From contig CAZVAJ010000006.1 of the NCBI GenBank assembly GCA_964625085.1, positions 2,812-59,571 on the forward strand: a stretch of 56,760 nucleotides of DNA, written 5' to 3'. The stretch is from Candidatus Micrarchaeota archaeon (GTDB taxonomy: Archaea > B1Sed10-29 > JAJSAI01). The position numbers were made by a program, and so were the translations under genes. Numbering within the stretch: the stretch's first letter is position 1; every line of letters begins with the position of its first letter. Shown piece by piece: positions 1 to 10,200 of the stretch. The notes beneath the pieces were generated by a model. The model worked only from the letters and a program-made list of their open reading frames with translations. It did not search any database and was not told the origin of the DNA.

Positions 1-44
1 CACGTGTTTTGTTTTCTTTTTCTCGCGCGTCATTTTTTGCCCGC

Positions 45-413
45 CTATTTTTCCATGAGCCCTTTGACCTTGCTCACCCCGGACATTACTGCTCCTGCTA
101 ATCCGCTGACTGCATTATCTGCCCAGTCCTTCTCCGTTTTGTCCTTTTCTTTGTACTTTAGTTCTATTTTTTCAGGGATCCTGTAAGGAGCTCCTCTTTT
201 GGATTCTATTACTATGGGCTCAAGCTGTTCATAATCTGCTTTTTTCTCTTTTTCAGAGGCTTTTGGCTCTGGAAGCAAGGCGTACAAGCTGCAGAAAACC
301 ATTGTTACCATCCCAAACGAGGGGTATCCTGAGCTCGCTAGAACATACCAGAAGAACGCGCCCATCAGGAATGCCCAGAACTTCATAATAATCACTCTTA
401 TTTGAATAACCAT
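45..413 (-). CDS. small membrane protein, tandem paralog 3 of 3
   Basis: 122-aa ORF. Hydrophobic N-terminal half ('FWAFLMGAFFWYVLA', 'MVTMVFCSLYALL'), then a K/E-rich linker. 'EPIVIESKRGAPYRIPEKIELKYKEK' and the Gly-rich tail 'GLAGAVMSGVSKVKGL' align with the two upstream ORFs. Overlaps the upstream paralog by 16 nt. Confidence 0.55.
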   Translation of the reverse strand: MVIQIRVIIMKFWAFLMGAFFWYVLASSGYPSFGMVTMVFCSLYALLPEPKASEKEKKADYEQLEPIVIESKRGAPYRIPEKIELKYKEKDKTEKDWADNAVSGLAGAVMSGVSKVKGLMEK

Positions 414-739
414 TCTCCCAGTTTATACAGTCCTTTCCCGAGCGCGCCAACTCCCTTTGCTATGTTACTGGCACCCCTGTACGGGCCGTAATCCTTTGTT
501 TTGTATGTTATCTTGAACTTCGGTGGGTAAAGGTAGGGTGGTTCTCCTTCATCCTCGTATATGACTGGATGAAGCACTGTTTCTTCTTTCTCTTTTTTCT
601 TCATGATCTTTTTCTTTTCTGGCCAAACCGCTCCTGCCACGAGCAGTAGTATCCCTGCCCAGAACAGTATCCCGTACCCTGACAGGTACAGTGCAGCAAG
701 GCAGAGTGCCACTCCTGTTATTAAGACACCTGTTTTCAT
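398..739 (-). CDS. small membrane protein, tandem paralog 2 of 3
   Basis: 113-aa ORF. Two N-terminal hydrophobic helices, linker 'EKKKIMKKKEKEE', 'HPVIYEDEGEPPYLYPPKFKITYKTK' and tail 'AKGVGALGKGLYKLGEWLFK'. ATGA stop-start overlap with the upstream paralog. Confidence 0.6.
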   Translation of the reverse strand: MKTGVLITGVALCLAALYLSGYGILFWAGILLLVAGAVWPEKKKIMKKKEKEETVLHPVIYEDEGEPPYLYPPKFKITYKTKDYGPYRGASNIAKGVGALGKGLYKLGEWLFK

Positions 740-1065
740 TCAAACAGCTCCTTCCAAATTTTTCCGAACAGGTTGCCTACTGCTTTGCCAGTGGTTTCTC
801 CAGCAGCTTTCCAGCCGGCCTTTGGCTTTGCTGTTTCCACTATCTCTATTTCTTCAGGGTATATTGATTCTGGGCCTTCATACTTTCTTTTGACTATTAT
901 AGGCTGGACTTTTACGTTTGAGCCCTTTTTTGAGCCTTTTTTTGCAGTATCCTTTGACACTACTATAAGAATGACGGATGTGATGACTGCTGGAATAAGC
1001 AGGTTCTCAAGGTATGCTCCTGCTAGTACTATCACAAACGCTAGGATGAGCACGCTTGCCTTCAT
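736..1065 (-). CDS. small membrane protein, tandem paralog 1 of 3
   Basis: 109-aa ORF. Two hydrophobic helices, linker 'KDTAKKGSKKGSN', 'QPIIVKRKYEGPESIYPEEIEIVETAK' and tail 'GKAVGNLFGKIWKELFE'. Same architecture as the next two ORFs. Confidence 0.6.
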   Translation of the reverse strand: MKASVLILAFVIVLAGAYLENLLIPAVITSVILIVVSKDTAKKGSKKGSNVKVQPIIVKRKYEGPESIYPEEIEIVETAKPKAGWKAAGETTGKAVGNLFGKIWKELFE

Positions 1066-1072
1066 TTTCCGC

Positions 1073-1366
1073 TTACCCTCCTCCCAAGAGCCTCATTAGT
1101 TCAGGGGAGTAGTATTCTCCGCCTCCGCCTCCTTTCTTGGCAGAAGCGTACAACGCAATTCCTCCTATAACCATCAGGAATATCCACCAGTACTGCGCGT
1201 AACCCATGTACATCGCGATTACTGCCAGGACAGCCACTAAGGTTATTGTTATGCTTCTTGCTAGCACCACCATCAGAGCAAAAGTTACTATGAAAAGCCA
1301 GTCTATTCCCTGCTGCCAGGCAAGAAACGCTACTAGCAGGAGTATTATCACGGTCATTGGGTCCAT
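1073..1366 (-). CDS. small polytopic membrane protein with Gly-rich tail
   Basis: 97-aa ORF that is almost entirely hydrophobic (about 3 predicted helices). It ends in 'AKKGGGGGEYYSPELMRLLGGG'. No recognisable family. Confidence 0.5.
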   Translation of the reverse strand: MDPMTVIILLLVAFLAWQQGIDWLFIVTFALMVVLARSITITLVAVLAVIAMYMGYAQYWWIFLMVIGGIALYASAKKGGGGGEYYSPELMRLLGGG

Positions 1367-1378
1367 GAGATCATCCCA

Positions 1379-1618
1379 CTAGTCTTTCTTTTCGCCTCCG
1401 AACGCTTCCCCGAACTTCTCGAAGAAAGGATACCCGAAGAAGAACACTAGTATTACTATCACCAGCTCTGGATGCGAGTAGAACGTAAGATAACCGACTA
1501 CTGCTGCCAGGAGCACGCCCAGTGCTTTTGATTTCGTGAGATCCGCGCCCCATTTCACGAGGTATACGAAAAATATGAGCGTGAAAGCCAGCCTTAAGTC
1601 AGTCCAAAGGTCTGCCAT
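1379..1618 (-). CDS. small membrane protein
   Basis: 79-aa ORF with 2-3 hydrophobic segments ('LAFTLIFFVYLV', 'LGVLLAAVVGYL', 'LVIVILVFFFGY'). Co-directional with its neighbours. Confidence 0.5.
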   Translation of the reverse strand: MADLWTDLRLAFTLIFFVYLVKWGADLTKSKALGVLLAAVVGYLTFYSHPELVIVILVFFFGYPFFEKFGEAFGGEKKD

Positions 1619-1681
1619 TTTAAGATGCCTCCTGATAAAAAAGGGAGACTAGGATATAAAAAGATTGGTTTCTCAGAAGGT

Positions 1682-2482
1682 CTAGACTATTTTCCTAAAG
1701 TCTTCCCATTTCCTGCCAACTTCTTTTTCCACGGCAGGCTTGAGCTTCTCCCACACTCTGAGGAATGCCTTTTTTCTTCTTTCCAGCTCTTGCTCGCTCA
1801 GATCACGGACTATCAACATTTCTTTCAAGTTTCTCTCAAGCCCTTTTGGTTTTTGCTTCAGTCTTTTCACGCACCATAATCTCCAAGGCTCTGAGGGCGT
1901 AGGAGTTTTGTTCAGCGCGAAAAGGGTTTGCAAGAGCATGTCAGTCCCATAGCAGAAGCTCTGGTGAGCTGCGAGAATGTCTCCCCTGTACACCCATTTT
2001 TCAGGCACTCTAACGCAAAAATAGTGGCTTTGCTCCAGGCCCTCCATCAAGAGCCATTTCCTTTCCTTCTCGGAGAGCACTGTTTTCTTTCTTATTAGCT
2101 GTCTGATCTTTTTCTGAGGATCGTAAAATATTTTGTGCTGGGAGTAAGCCCACTTTGCTTCAGGGTCCCAGTGCGCCTTCAGTGCCTTCTCGTACTCTAC
2201 CATGTTCCAGTCTATATTCACTTCTCTTATCCCGTATTTTCTTGCATCTGATTCACTTAGGGGAACCCACAGTTCTCCTTCTCGAGCTAGTCCAATCCTG
2301 GCGCCCTTGCTGACGAAAACGGTCATGTCAATGTCAGAAAACTTGTCAGCATATCCTCTCCCGAGACTACCGAGGCATACTATTCCCAGGACTCCTTTTT
2401 TCTTTTTCAGCTTTTCCGTGAACTCGCGCGCTATTCTTTCATGCAGTTCTATTATGTTCTTGCCCCTGGGGCTTTGGATCAT
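1682..2482 (-). CDS. Pol-beta-superfamily nucleotidyltransferase domain protein
   Basis: Motif 'GIVCLGSLGRGYADKFSDIDMTVFV' (G-S ... D-x-D) is followed by a helical C-terminal region of about 170 aa. I place the start at ATG 2482 ('MIQSPRGK'). The longest ORF (to 2539) would overlap the upstream gene by 47 nt. Confidence 0.7.
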   Translation of the reverse strand: MIQSPRGKNIIELHERIAREFTEKLKKKKGVLGIVCLGSLGRGYADKFSDIDMTVFVSKGARIGLAREGELWVPLSESDARKYGIREVNIDWNMVEYEKALKAHWDPEAKWAYSQHKIFYDPQKKIRQLIRKKTVLSEKERKWLLMEGLEQSHYFCVRVPEKWVYRGDILAAHQSFCYGTDMLLQTLFALNKTPTPSEPWRLWCVKRLKQKPKGLERNLKEMLIVRDLSEQELERRKKAFLRVWEKLKPAVEKEVGRKWEDFRKIV

Positions 2483-2492
2483 GTTCACGCCT

Positions 2493-2846
2493 TCAGAACT
2501 TTTTGAACCTTGGGCTTGCCCAGAAGCCCTGCAGTCCAAAGATTATCATTCCAGAGAGCATGTATGCCATGATAATGTACGTTGACCATACCCCTGCTGT
2601 CACTGGCAGTAATCTTATTCCAAAAATATAGAACAGGATGCCTGTAATAATGTACGTTGTTATTCTTGTTCCTATGACCATCCTCACGAAGCTGTATATA
2701 ATGACCAGGATGTAAAACTGGAAGAGTATCCGGAATATTGGGACAGTGAGGATGGCGGCGGCCATCCCGCCTATTATGACAATGAAAATGAGCGCAAGGA
2801 TTATGAAAGGAAGTATGAAAAACCCCCTGCTTTTTTCCAGGATCAT
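2493..2846 (-). CDS. small polytopic membrane protein
   Basis: 117-aa ORF with about 4 hydrophobic helices. ATGA-type 4-nt overlap with the upstream ORF. Confidence 0.55.
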   Translation of the reverse strand: MILEKSRGFFILPFIILALIFIVIIGGMAAAILTVPIFRILFQFYILVIIYSFVRMVIGTRITTYIITGILFYIFGIRLLPVTAGVWSTYIIMAYMLSGMIIFGLQGFWASPRFKKF

Positions 2847-3250
2847 CTTAGCATTGCCCTCCTTCTGCTTGCTGCAGACTTGCCAGTGTCTGGAGGCAGT
2901 TCGCCTCCGGCTGTTGCCATTGGGCCAGCGATTGACAGGTCATACAATACCATTGTGAACCCGAACGCTATCAGGAAGTAAACGAACATTATGGGCCCGA
3001 ACAAGTTCCAGTACTGGAACAACATCAGGTACCCGAGTATTAGCACTATTGCGGTTATTACCGGGCCTCCTTCAAACCTGCTTCTGACGAACGAGATTAT
3101 GAACAGGAGCACGATGAGCTTGAACCCGAACCACATAAGGTTCCACTCATCCTGCAGCCCAAACGACCTAAGCAGGCTGTCAGTAAAGTCTGTCACTATC
3201 CCTAACACGACCAGCGCGTTCACGTTCAGCATTACAAACAAAAAGAGCAC
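2843..3250 (-). CDS. small polytopic membrane protein with basic C-terminal tail
   Basis: 135-aa ORF with about 4 hydrophobic helices. The tail is 'GGELPPDTGKSAASRRRAMLR'. Confidence 0.55.
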   Translation of the reverse strand: MLFLFVMLNVNALVVLGIVTDFTDSLLRSFGLQDEWNLMWFGFKLIVLLFIISFVRSRFEGGPVITAIVLILGYLMLFQYWNLFGPIMFVYFLIAFGFTMVLYDLSIAGPMATAGGELPPDTGKSAASRRRAMLR

Positions 3251-3268
3251 AGTGGATTATAAAAGTTA

Positions 3269-4213
3269 CTATGTCAGGGTGAACTCGCCGTGATCCCTGA
3301 ACTCAGGAGTTTCAGTTATTGGAGGGACCTCAATATGCTCAGGGGGCACGAAGGTTATTTGTTTAGAAAGCTTGCCGTTTTGGCAGTGATACTTTTCTGG
3401 CTCTTCTTCATTCCCTGAAGTGCTTCCGCTAGTAATGATTGCCTTGAACGTTCCATAATCATGATCATACTCTAGTACTACTTTTACGCCATCTCCTGCC
3501 AAAGAGTCAGTGTACCTTGTTACGATTACACTGTCTACCTCACTACACTTCGTGCCCTCGATGCTGTTTTTAGTTACTCCTTCCCAGATATTGCTTGTGT
3601 CGTCAACCCAGCCTTGCACATTAGTGTCCAGGCAGGCTGACAAGCGTTCCGTGGGGGTGAACGAGATGACCTGTTCTGTACTACTCTCAGGATCTTTTGT
3701 GTGCACTGACATTGCCTGCTTCACGTCCTGGTCTTTAAACCCTGAGGGTAAAACGCTTGCACAGTATTTCCCATTTTCCGCAATTATACTTATTACCTCT
3801 TTTCCTTGAAGGCTTTTACTAATCTCTTCTTTCTTGTCTAAAAAAGCTGTGTCATCCTGCAGTTCTTGTATTCCCAAAGAACTCCTAAGCGCTTCTACTC
3901 CTTTTAACACTGATCTATCCTTAAGGCTGCTCTTGAACGCAGGCCCGGTGAAGTAATATTGTAGGCCTGCTGCATCGCCGGTGTACTTAGAATTCACTTT
4001 TTCTTCCAACATTTCTTTGAGCACGCTTATCATGCCAACATCATAAGTGGCCTTGACTATCTTCGCTTGCACGTAATCCCGGGTGACAATGGAACTGAAA
4101 GAAAGTGATCTGGAAGCCCGAATATCATTCTGCACCATCATTGTCGCGAGAGAGATAGCAAGGATTATAAGGGTGGTGCCCACAAGGGGCGTGAAAAGAG
4201 AAAAGCCTTTCAT
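3269..4213 (-). CDS. secreted/anchored protein with class-III (prepilin-like) signal peptide
   Basis: Starting at ATG 4213 the N-terminus is 'MKGFSLFTPLVGTTLIILAISLATMMV' ([KR]G followed by a hydrophobic helix). AAAGGAG lies 10 nt upstream. An alternative start is ATG 4240, which forms an ATGA overlap with the stop of the giant gene. The remaining ~290 aa are Ser/Thr/Asp-rich and soluble. Confidence 0.6.
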   Translation of the reverse strand: MKGFSLFTPLVGTTLIILAISLATMMVQNDIRASRSLSFSSIVTRDYVQAKIVKATYDVGMISVLKEMLEEKVNSKYTGDAAGLQYYFTGPAFKSSLKDRSVLKGVEALRSSLGIQELQDDTAFLDKKEEISKSLQGKEVISIIAENGKYCASVLPSGFKDQDVKQAMSVHTKDPESSTEQVISFTPTERLSACLDTNVQGWVDDTSNIWEGVTKNSIEGTKCSEVDSVIVTRYTDSLAGDGVKVVLEYDHDYGTFKAIITSGSTSGNEEEPEKYHCQNGKLSKQITFVPPEHIEVPPITETPEFRDHGEFTLT

Positions 4214-4236
4214 CTTCAAGACGCTCCTTTCTTGCT

Positions 4237-7200
4237 TCATGATGTTGCTTGTGAGACATAATTGTCCGAATCCCTGTACCCTTGTCCAAACTCATCATTC
4301 TTGTCAGGAAGTTTTGCGCAATAGTATACCTGAAGACCGTGTGACATAACACCCATCCGCGGGAATTCTCCTTCTGGGCATGAGATGCACATTCCGTCGT
4401 TGCCTGTGGCGTGGCAGGCGTTTTCTCCTGAACACACCCCTGCAAATATTTCGTCATCGCATCTTCTGCTTGCTTCGGAGTAGCAGACATCTCCTGCATC
4501 ACAGTACACAACAGACTGTTTAACATTGGGCCAGTCACAGCATCCTGTGCCCCATACTCTGTGCTTTTCACATTTTCCAGAATACTTCTTTCCGCACACT
4601 TCTCCAGACTTGTCGCTACTGGGCTCTTCAGTCTCAGCGTCAGAAGGATATTCCAAGCCTATCCTGTAGTCAGTTGACCAAAGATGACCAACCCACCCTG
4701 GCGAGAACTCTTCTGTAGCAAGATCCGTGTAACCAATTGCTGCGGCAGGGAATTCAACCTCTTTTTCCCCTGCACTGTACTTTACTCTTATGAACCCGTC
4801 GGTCGTGAACATGTAGTCTCCTGAACCTTCTTCAGGCTTTGCAGTTACTGTAACGTACGCTACCATCCTTCCGTTCGTGTCAAGCTTGCACGTAGTTCCT
4901 TGACTGCACGTGTCTTCGTCTATCTTGTCTCCTGATCTTCCGTACGCGACCGCAGTAAGCTCTGATACCGGAATTGTTACTTCTTTCTTGCCTATTAGGT
5001 CGTACCCGAGATTGTACAGGGTTGTTGACCCCAGCTTGAAGTTAGACACTTCTGTCCCGGTGTCTGTCGTGTACTCTGTCGGGACTATGATCTTGCTCGG
5101 GTAAGAATTAAGCGCGAACACTGCTGTTGGGTCACTGCCTGCAGCCTGTGATGAACCGTCCCCTATGACTGTTTTTGGTTCAGGGTCAAAGAACCAGGTG
5201 CACTTCTTTCCTGGGAGCACTTTCGTGCTTCCAGGGGTACTGCTGGCCTGCAAGAAGCTTACCTTGCTCTTGCCAGTGTCAAGGTACTTGTATCCTTTTA
5301 GTCCCATGTTCTCCGCCAAGCTCTTGTCTATGCTTGACAGTTCACCGTCCACTGCTTTTATGCTGACCACTACTTTTCCTGGCCGGATTGCAGTAAGACC
5401 ATTGTTATCCAAGTCTATTCCAGAGTACGAGAAAGCAGCAGCCACAGGGGAAGTGCAGTCCCAGTACTCGTTGTCAATTGGCTTGAGCTTGAACGCGTAC
5501 GTTTTCTGTTCTCCTGTTACATAACCCTCTTCTATCACTTTTGTAAGGTCTGAGATGCTCGCGTCAGGGAACTTGAACACCAGCAGTTTTTCTCCTTCTC
5601 CGCTTACTTTCAAGTGCTCTTCATCTTCATTGTCGCCTGTTTGTGCGAAGGTTATCAGGCTATTAGCGTTTTCTTTCTTTTTGTCTCCAGGTACTGAAAT
5701 GTACACTTTTCCACGGCCTTCCCACAGGACCGCAGTGTTCTCGGGCAGCATCCATTCTGTGTTAAGGTTCACTCCCGCAAACCTTGCTTTGTAGTCAGAG
5801 GTGCTTGTGCTTTCTGGATCATACCTTTTGTTGCTGAAGCTTTCCGGCGAGTCAATCCAACCAATAATACTGCTGAAAGGAGTGCTTCCAGGTTCAGCAT
5901 ACTCTATCTTAAGGTCTTTAAGGCTTTCTAGTTTAAGCGTGTCAATAAGCAGGCTGTTAAAGTTTTCGCTGACTGTGTCCTCTGGAATGTTTTTGTTCAG
6001 CCAGACAGTGAACGTTCTTCTGGGCACTATTATCTTGTGTTCGCTGTCGTACTGCAAGGTACTCGTTCCCTCAAAGTATGTGTTAAGGTGGTCCAGCATT
6101 TCAGATAATTCTGCCGTACTTGTTCCTATCACATGAACTTTGTGGTTATCATCAACATACACTGCTGGCAGGGCTCCTGCAGGCATGCTTGTTGTTCCCA
6201 TGTGCTTTATCATATCCTGGCATGCTTTGTCTTCTGCTTTCTTGCACTCTTCTATTACCAGTTCATGCTCCCACTTGCTGCTTTTTCCTGCGTCCCTGCC
6301 TAATGAAATCCAGTCTTCAGGATACACGGTATCCTGAGGTATGCTCCAGGCGTTTTTCAGCATTTCTATTGCTTTTTCTTTTAACTTGTCCTGAGAGTCT
6401 GACACGGCTACTGTTATAAGCGTGTTGTACGTTTCAGGAGCCTCTTCCGCGAAACTACTTTCCAGATCAACAGGCAAGAACAGCGCAAACCTTTCCTGAA
6501 TATCATCATCAGTCAGTTCGGATAAGGACTGCGTGTTAAAGCACGCCACGCTCCAACTCTTATCACTTCCTGTTACTGGAAGTGTTTCGATGGTCAGTTC
6601 CCCGGTTCCTATTTCAGGCAGGCAGGACTTTTCTTCCACTTTGTCAGTGAAGCAGAGTTCGGCAAAAGGCTCTTTGTTTGGATCGCATGTTGCGTACAGC
6701 TCGTCAAGGCTTTTACTCTCTTTTACTTCTGCACCTTGAGAAGTGTAGTAGTCAATAATTTCTTGAGCAATGTTCTTGTACGCGTTAGTGAATTCTTCAG
6801 GCACCAGCGTGTAATAAACTGTGTTAAAGTTAGCCTGGTTATAAAGCAGAACCTGTCTTAGGTTGCACATGTGGGATGAGCAGTCGATCTTGTCAGAGTC
6901 AGTCATCTTAAAGTGTGGTTCAAAGTTCCCGTACTCTGTTGGCACTAAGGTTAGTCCTTCTGTACTTATTTCTTGCTCTTCTTTGCTCTCGAGCGTTAGC
7001 GGGACTTCAAGCTTTTTCTGTTTCTTTATTCCATTGCCTTGAAGCGTAAGATTGAGGGAGATGTTTCCTTTACGTGTTTCTCCAGGCAACAGTTCTTTGC
7101 TGAAGTCTATCTCAAACGTTACTGTGTCACTATACCCGTCATTGTCAGCATCTTCTGTGTAAGGTTCTGTTTTAAGAGCGCATGCCAACGGGTCTCCTTC

Positions 7201-10200
7201 TTCTCTTTCTAAGCAGTGCACTTCTTCTGAACTTCCCTCAAACGGTTCTGTGTACCACACGTCCAGCGAAAGCCCGGCACTTGTGCTAATCCCCACTCCT
7301 TGGTTCTTGCACTGCTGGATGAGCGGAACTTCCATTGAAACTTCTTCTGCCTCTTCTGTCGGCGTTGCCACACTTACTTTATTAAGGCCTTTTGGCAGGC
7401 TGCTTTCAGAACACGCGAGTACACTGATCTCTGAAGAAACACCTCCCTGTCTGAAGTACTGTTTTCCGTCATTGTCTGTCTTGCTTGCCACGGTCAGGGT
7501 GTACTCTCTTGGCCCTGTGAACAGTTCTTTGAAGGGGTATTCTCTGTACGTGTTTTCCACTGCAAAGTCCTGCTTGCACTGTGCTGCAAAGTTGGTTATA
7601 TCAGGGTACTCTTCTGATGGGTACTTGCAAAGGGTTTCTCTCTTCTCGTTAGAGATTGTTGCAGAAGAAACCTGCTGGGCAACAGGAAGAATCTGCTGGT
7701 TGAAAACAGCGGGATCAGTTGTTAACACGGTTGTTTTTATGAGATTACCTGTTCCTTCACCAAGGTACTCGGAACATCCTCCTATAATAGTGTCAGTAGT
7801 GTCAGTAACACAGACTTCTTTTCCGTTTGAGTCAACAACCTCCGCGTATAATATCAGCGCTTTCCCCTCCTTTTTGAGGTCGAGCAAGGACTGGTATCCG
7901 CTGCTGTCCGTGAGAATGACTGTTTTTATTGTATCTTCTCTGCCTTGCCCGAACAGTTCTTTCCCATAGTTCTGCCAGCAGTCAGCCAGGTTAAGCAAGA
8001 TATTATTATTTTCATCTGTTGCCAGGTCCTGGGCTGGCAGAGTGCACACATTCTTCCCGTTCGGGTCTGTTATCGTAACCTTGTCTACGTATTCTTCCAG
8101 GTACTCTGCAATGTTTTTGCCAGTGTTCCTGTCCATAATGCTTATTTTTATCTGGCCGGAAAATTCTGTTATTTCATCTTCGTCTAATATCTGAAGTTCT
8201 GGGTAAAGCGCGCCGCCTACTTCTCTGTAATACTCTCCAAGTTTCGTATCATCTGCTTTCAGTGTATAGTGCATGTTCCCGTAGAACTCAGGGGTTATGC
8301 TGACGCTGACGGTCATGTTTGTTAGTCTGCCCTTGACAAATTCTATGCTGTAGCTATTAGTATTCTCTTCTACGCTTAACACGGTTTCTGGGTTAGTGTC
8401 TTCTGCAGAGCCTTCTGTTGATATCTCTGCTGTTCCATCATACTCTAAGGAGATTTTTGGTGCTGTTGCGATGTCTCCCAGTGGGAAGATGTTAGCTTTT
8501 AGCACAGGTTTCTCAATAAACTGCACTGTTTTTGTGGCATCGTACGGTTTTTCCGTGACTCCTCCGTTTTCTATCCACATTTTCCAGCATATCTGTTTCT
8601 CAGAATCGCATTCCACTTCTTCTTCGTAGTCCACGTTTTCTGCAGTTACCTTAAGTGTGAAAGTCCTGTCTCCTACATTTATTGTTATGTCTCCTGTCCC
8701 GTCAGAAACAGCGTATAAAGGGAACACTACGCGCAGCCTGTCCCTGAATCTTATTCCTTGTTCTGTGGTGCTGCGGGAGTAATCTCCTTTCTTTACGCTG
8801 AACTCAGACCAGGTGTTTGCAATGCTTCCTGTTGTCTTGTCAATGTTTGATACGTCTAGGGAGGTTCCTTCAGGCATGGTCACCTGCACGCTTATCTTGT
8901 TATTCTCATCTTCCAGTAGCGCAGTAGAACCTGAAGCCTGCACTTTCAGCTGGTCAGTTAGCAAGCCTGTTCCATAATACCCTATTTCTAGCGCTACTTC
9001 TTTCGTTTTCCCTTCACTCATTATTATACTCCAAGGCGCTTCCTTAAAGCTTGAGATCTTAAACTCTGCAGCAGGCCCAAAGCTTGCTGTTTGTCCCAGC
9101 GTGACCGGATAGGGTCCTGCATTCCCGGTTATCATACCTCCTTCGCACGAGAGGTTTATTGCAAGCCCTGCCACATTGTTTCCTGTTGGTATGCGGGTGC
9201 CGGCAGGCAGGACAAGGTGAAGCGCTCCGTTGTAATACTCTGGCTGTCCAGCATATATTGTGCTGAATGTAAGGTGCCTGCCTCCTTTTACTACCTGCAC
9301 TTCCATCCAAGGCTCAGAACTGCAGGCTGCGCTGATGCTAGCGCTCTTTAGCTTTCTTCCTTTGTGCTCTTCGTTTACCCAAGTACCTACTATTATGCTA
9401 TCGCCAAGGTTCTGTGAAGCCTGGGTGTTAACAGGGTTTATGCTTATGCGTGTTTCGGTCTCAGCATACGCTTTCAGGCACACGTTGTCTATGCACTGTT
9501 CTTCAGGCAGGTTTTCTTTTGTCACGCGCAGGAGCACAGGGCTTGTTGCACTTGCAAAATTGTTATCGTCTTTTTTTATGTGTATGTTCGCGTCTCCTGG
9601 AAGCCAGCCTTTTCCTACTGCTATGAAAGTGTAAGAGGCGTCAGGGTTATTGAACGATATCATGGCACTTGTTTGGCTGTTGTCGTCTGATTTTTCCAGC
9701 GTGTATTCTGTTACTTTTCCAGCAGGGTATTCTGAATCAACCCGAGAGAACCGCACGTGATTCTCTGTTTCTCCAGCGTTTATGCTGAACTGCTCGCTTG
9801 AGTAGTATCCTGGAAGGGGAGAGATGGTGGTGCTTACAGTGAACTCTTGTTCAAAAGAAATGCTAGGCTTTTCTGCCGGAGGATAAGTTTGCCCTTCTGA
9901 TATTAGTACTGTGCGTTCCATGAGCCCGTTTTCCTCGTCGCAGACGAAGGTTCCTTTTTCCCAGTCAGACGTTTCGTAGTCTTCAGGGTTTTTGCATACT
10001 ATCCTGGAGAGCACGATGGTTAGAGACTTGAACGCGACACTGTCTGATCCTATGTTCAAGCTTATTACAGCTTCTGTGTTGTTTTCCAGGACATTGTTCA
10101 CTTTGAACGGCGCCCAAATTTCTACTGTCTCGCCGGTTAGTATACCGTAATCTTCAGGGTCATCACTCCTGCGGCAGTATGATAAGAAGCTTGCTGTTGT

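Noticed and set aside
1682-2482. The nucleotidyltransferase as part of a defence system (CBASS/MNT-HEPN-like toxin-antitoxin).
   Set aside because: There is no adjacent HEPN, effector or cyclase-type partner. The protein is larger than MNT antitoxins and its neighbours are only small membrane proteins. It is kept as a context curiosity only.
4125-4571. 148-aa minus-strand ORF overlapping the 3' end of the giant gene and the start of the next gene in another frame.
   Set aside because: It is an alternative frame of two well-supported genes. It has no start context and no recognisable motif.
4237-4640. A diversity-generating retroelement targeting the C-terminal Cys-rich module of the giant protein.
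   Set aside because: There is no reverse-transcriptase gene in the window. No non-coding stretch is long enough to be a template repeat, and I saw no near-duplicate of the 3' region.
7250-7969. Long plus-strand ORFs inside the giant gene. They include 7250-7969 (239 aa), 10691-11218 (175 aa), 12125-12574 (149 aa), 5165-5524 and 11584-11940.
   Set aside because: They lie antisense to an uninterrupted 8.4-kb ORF with clear protein-like features. Their translations are Ser/Leu/Cys/Phe-rich low-complexity strings with no motifs. They are typical shadow ORFs.
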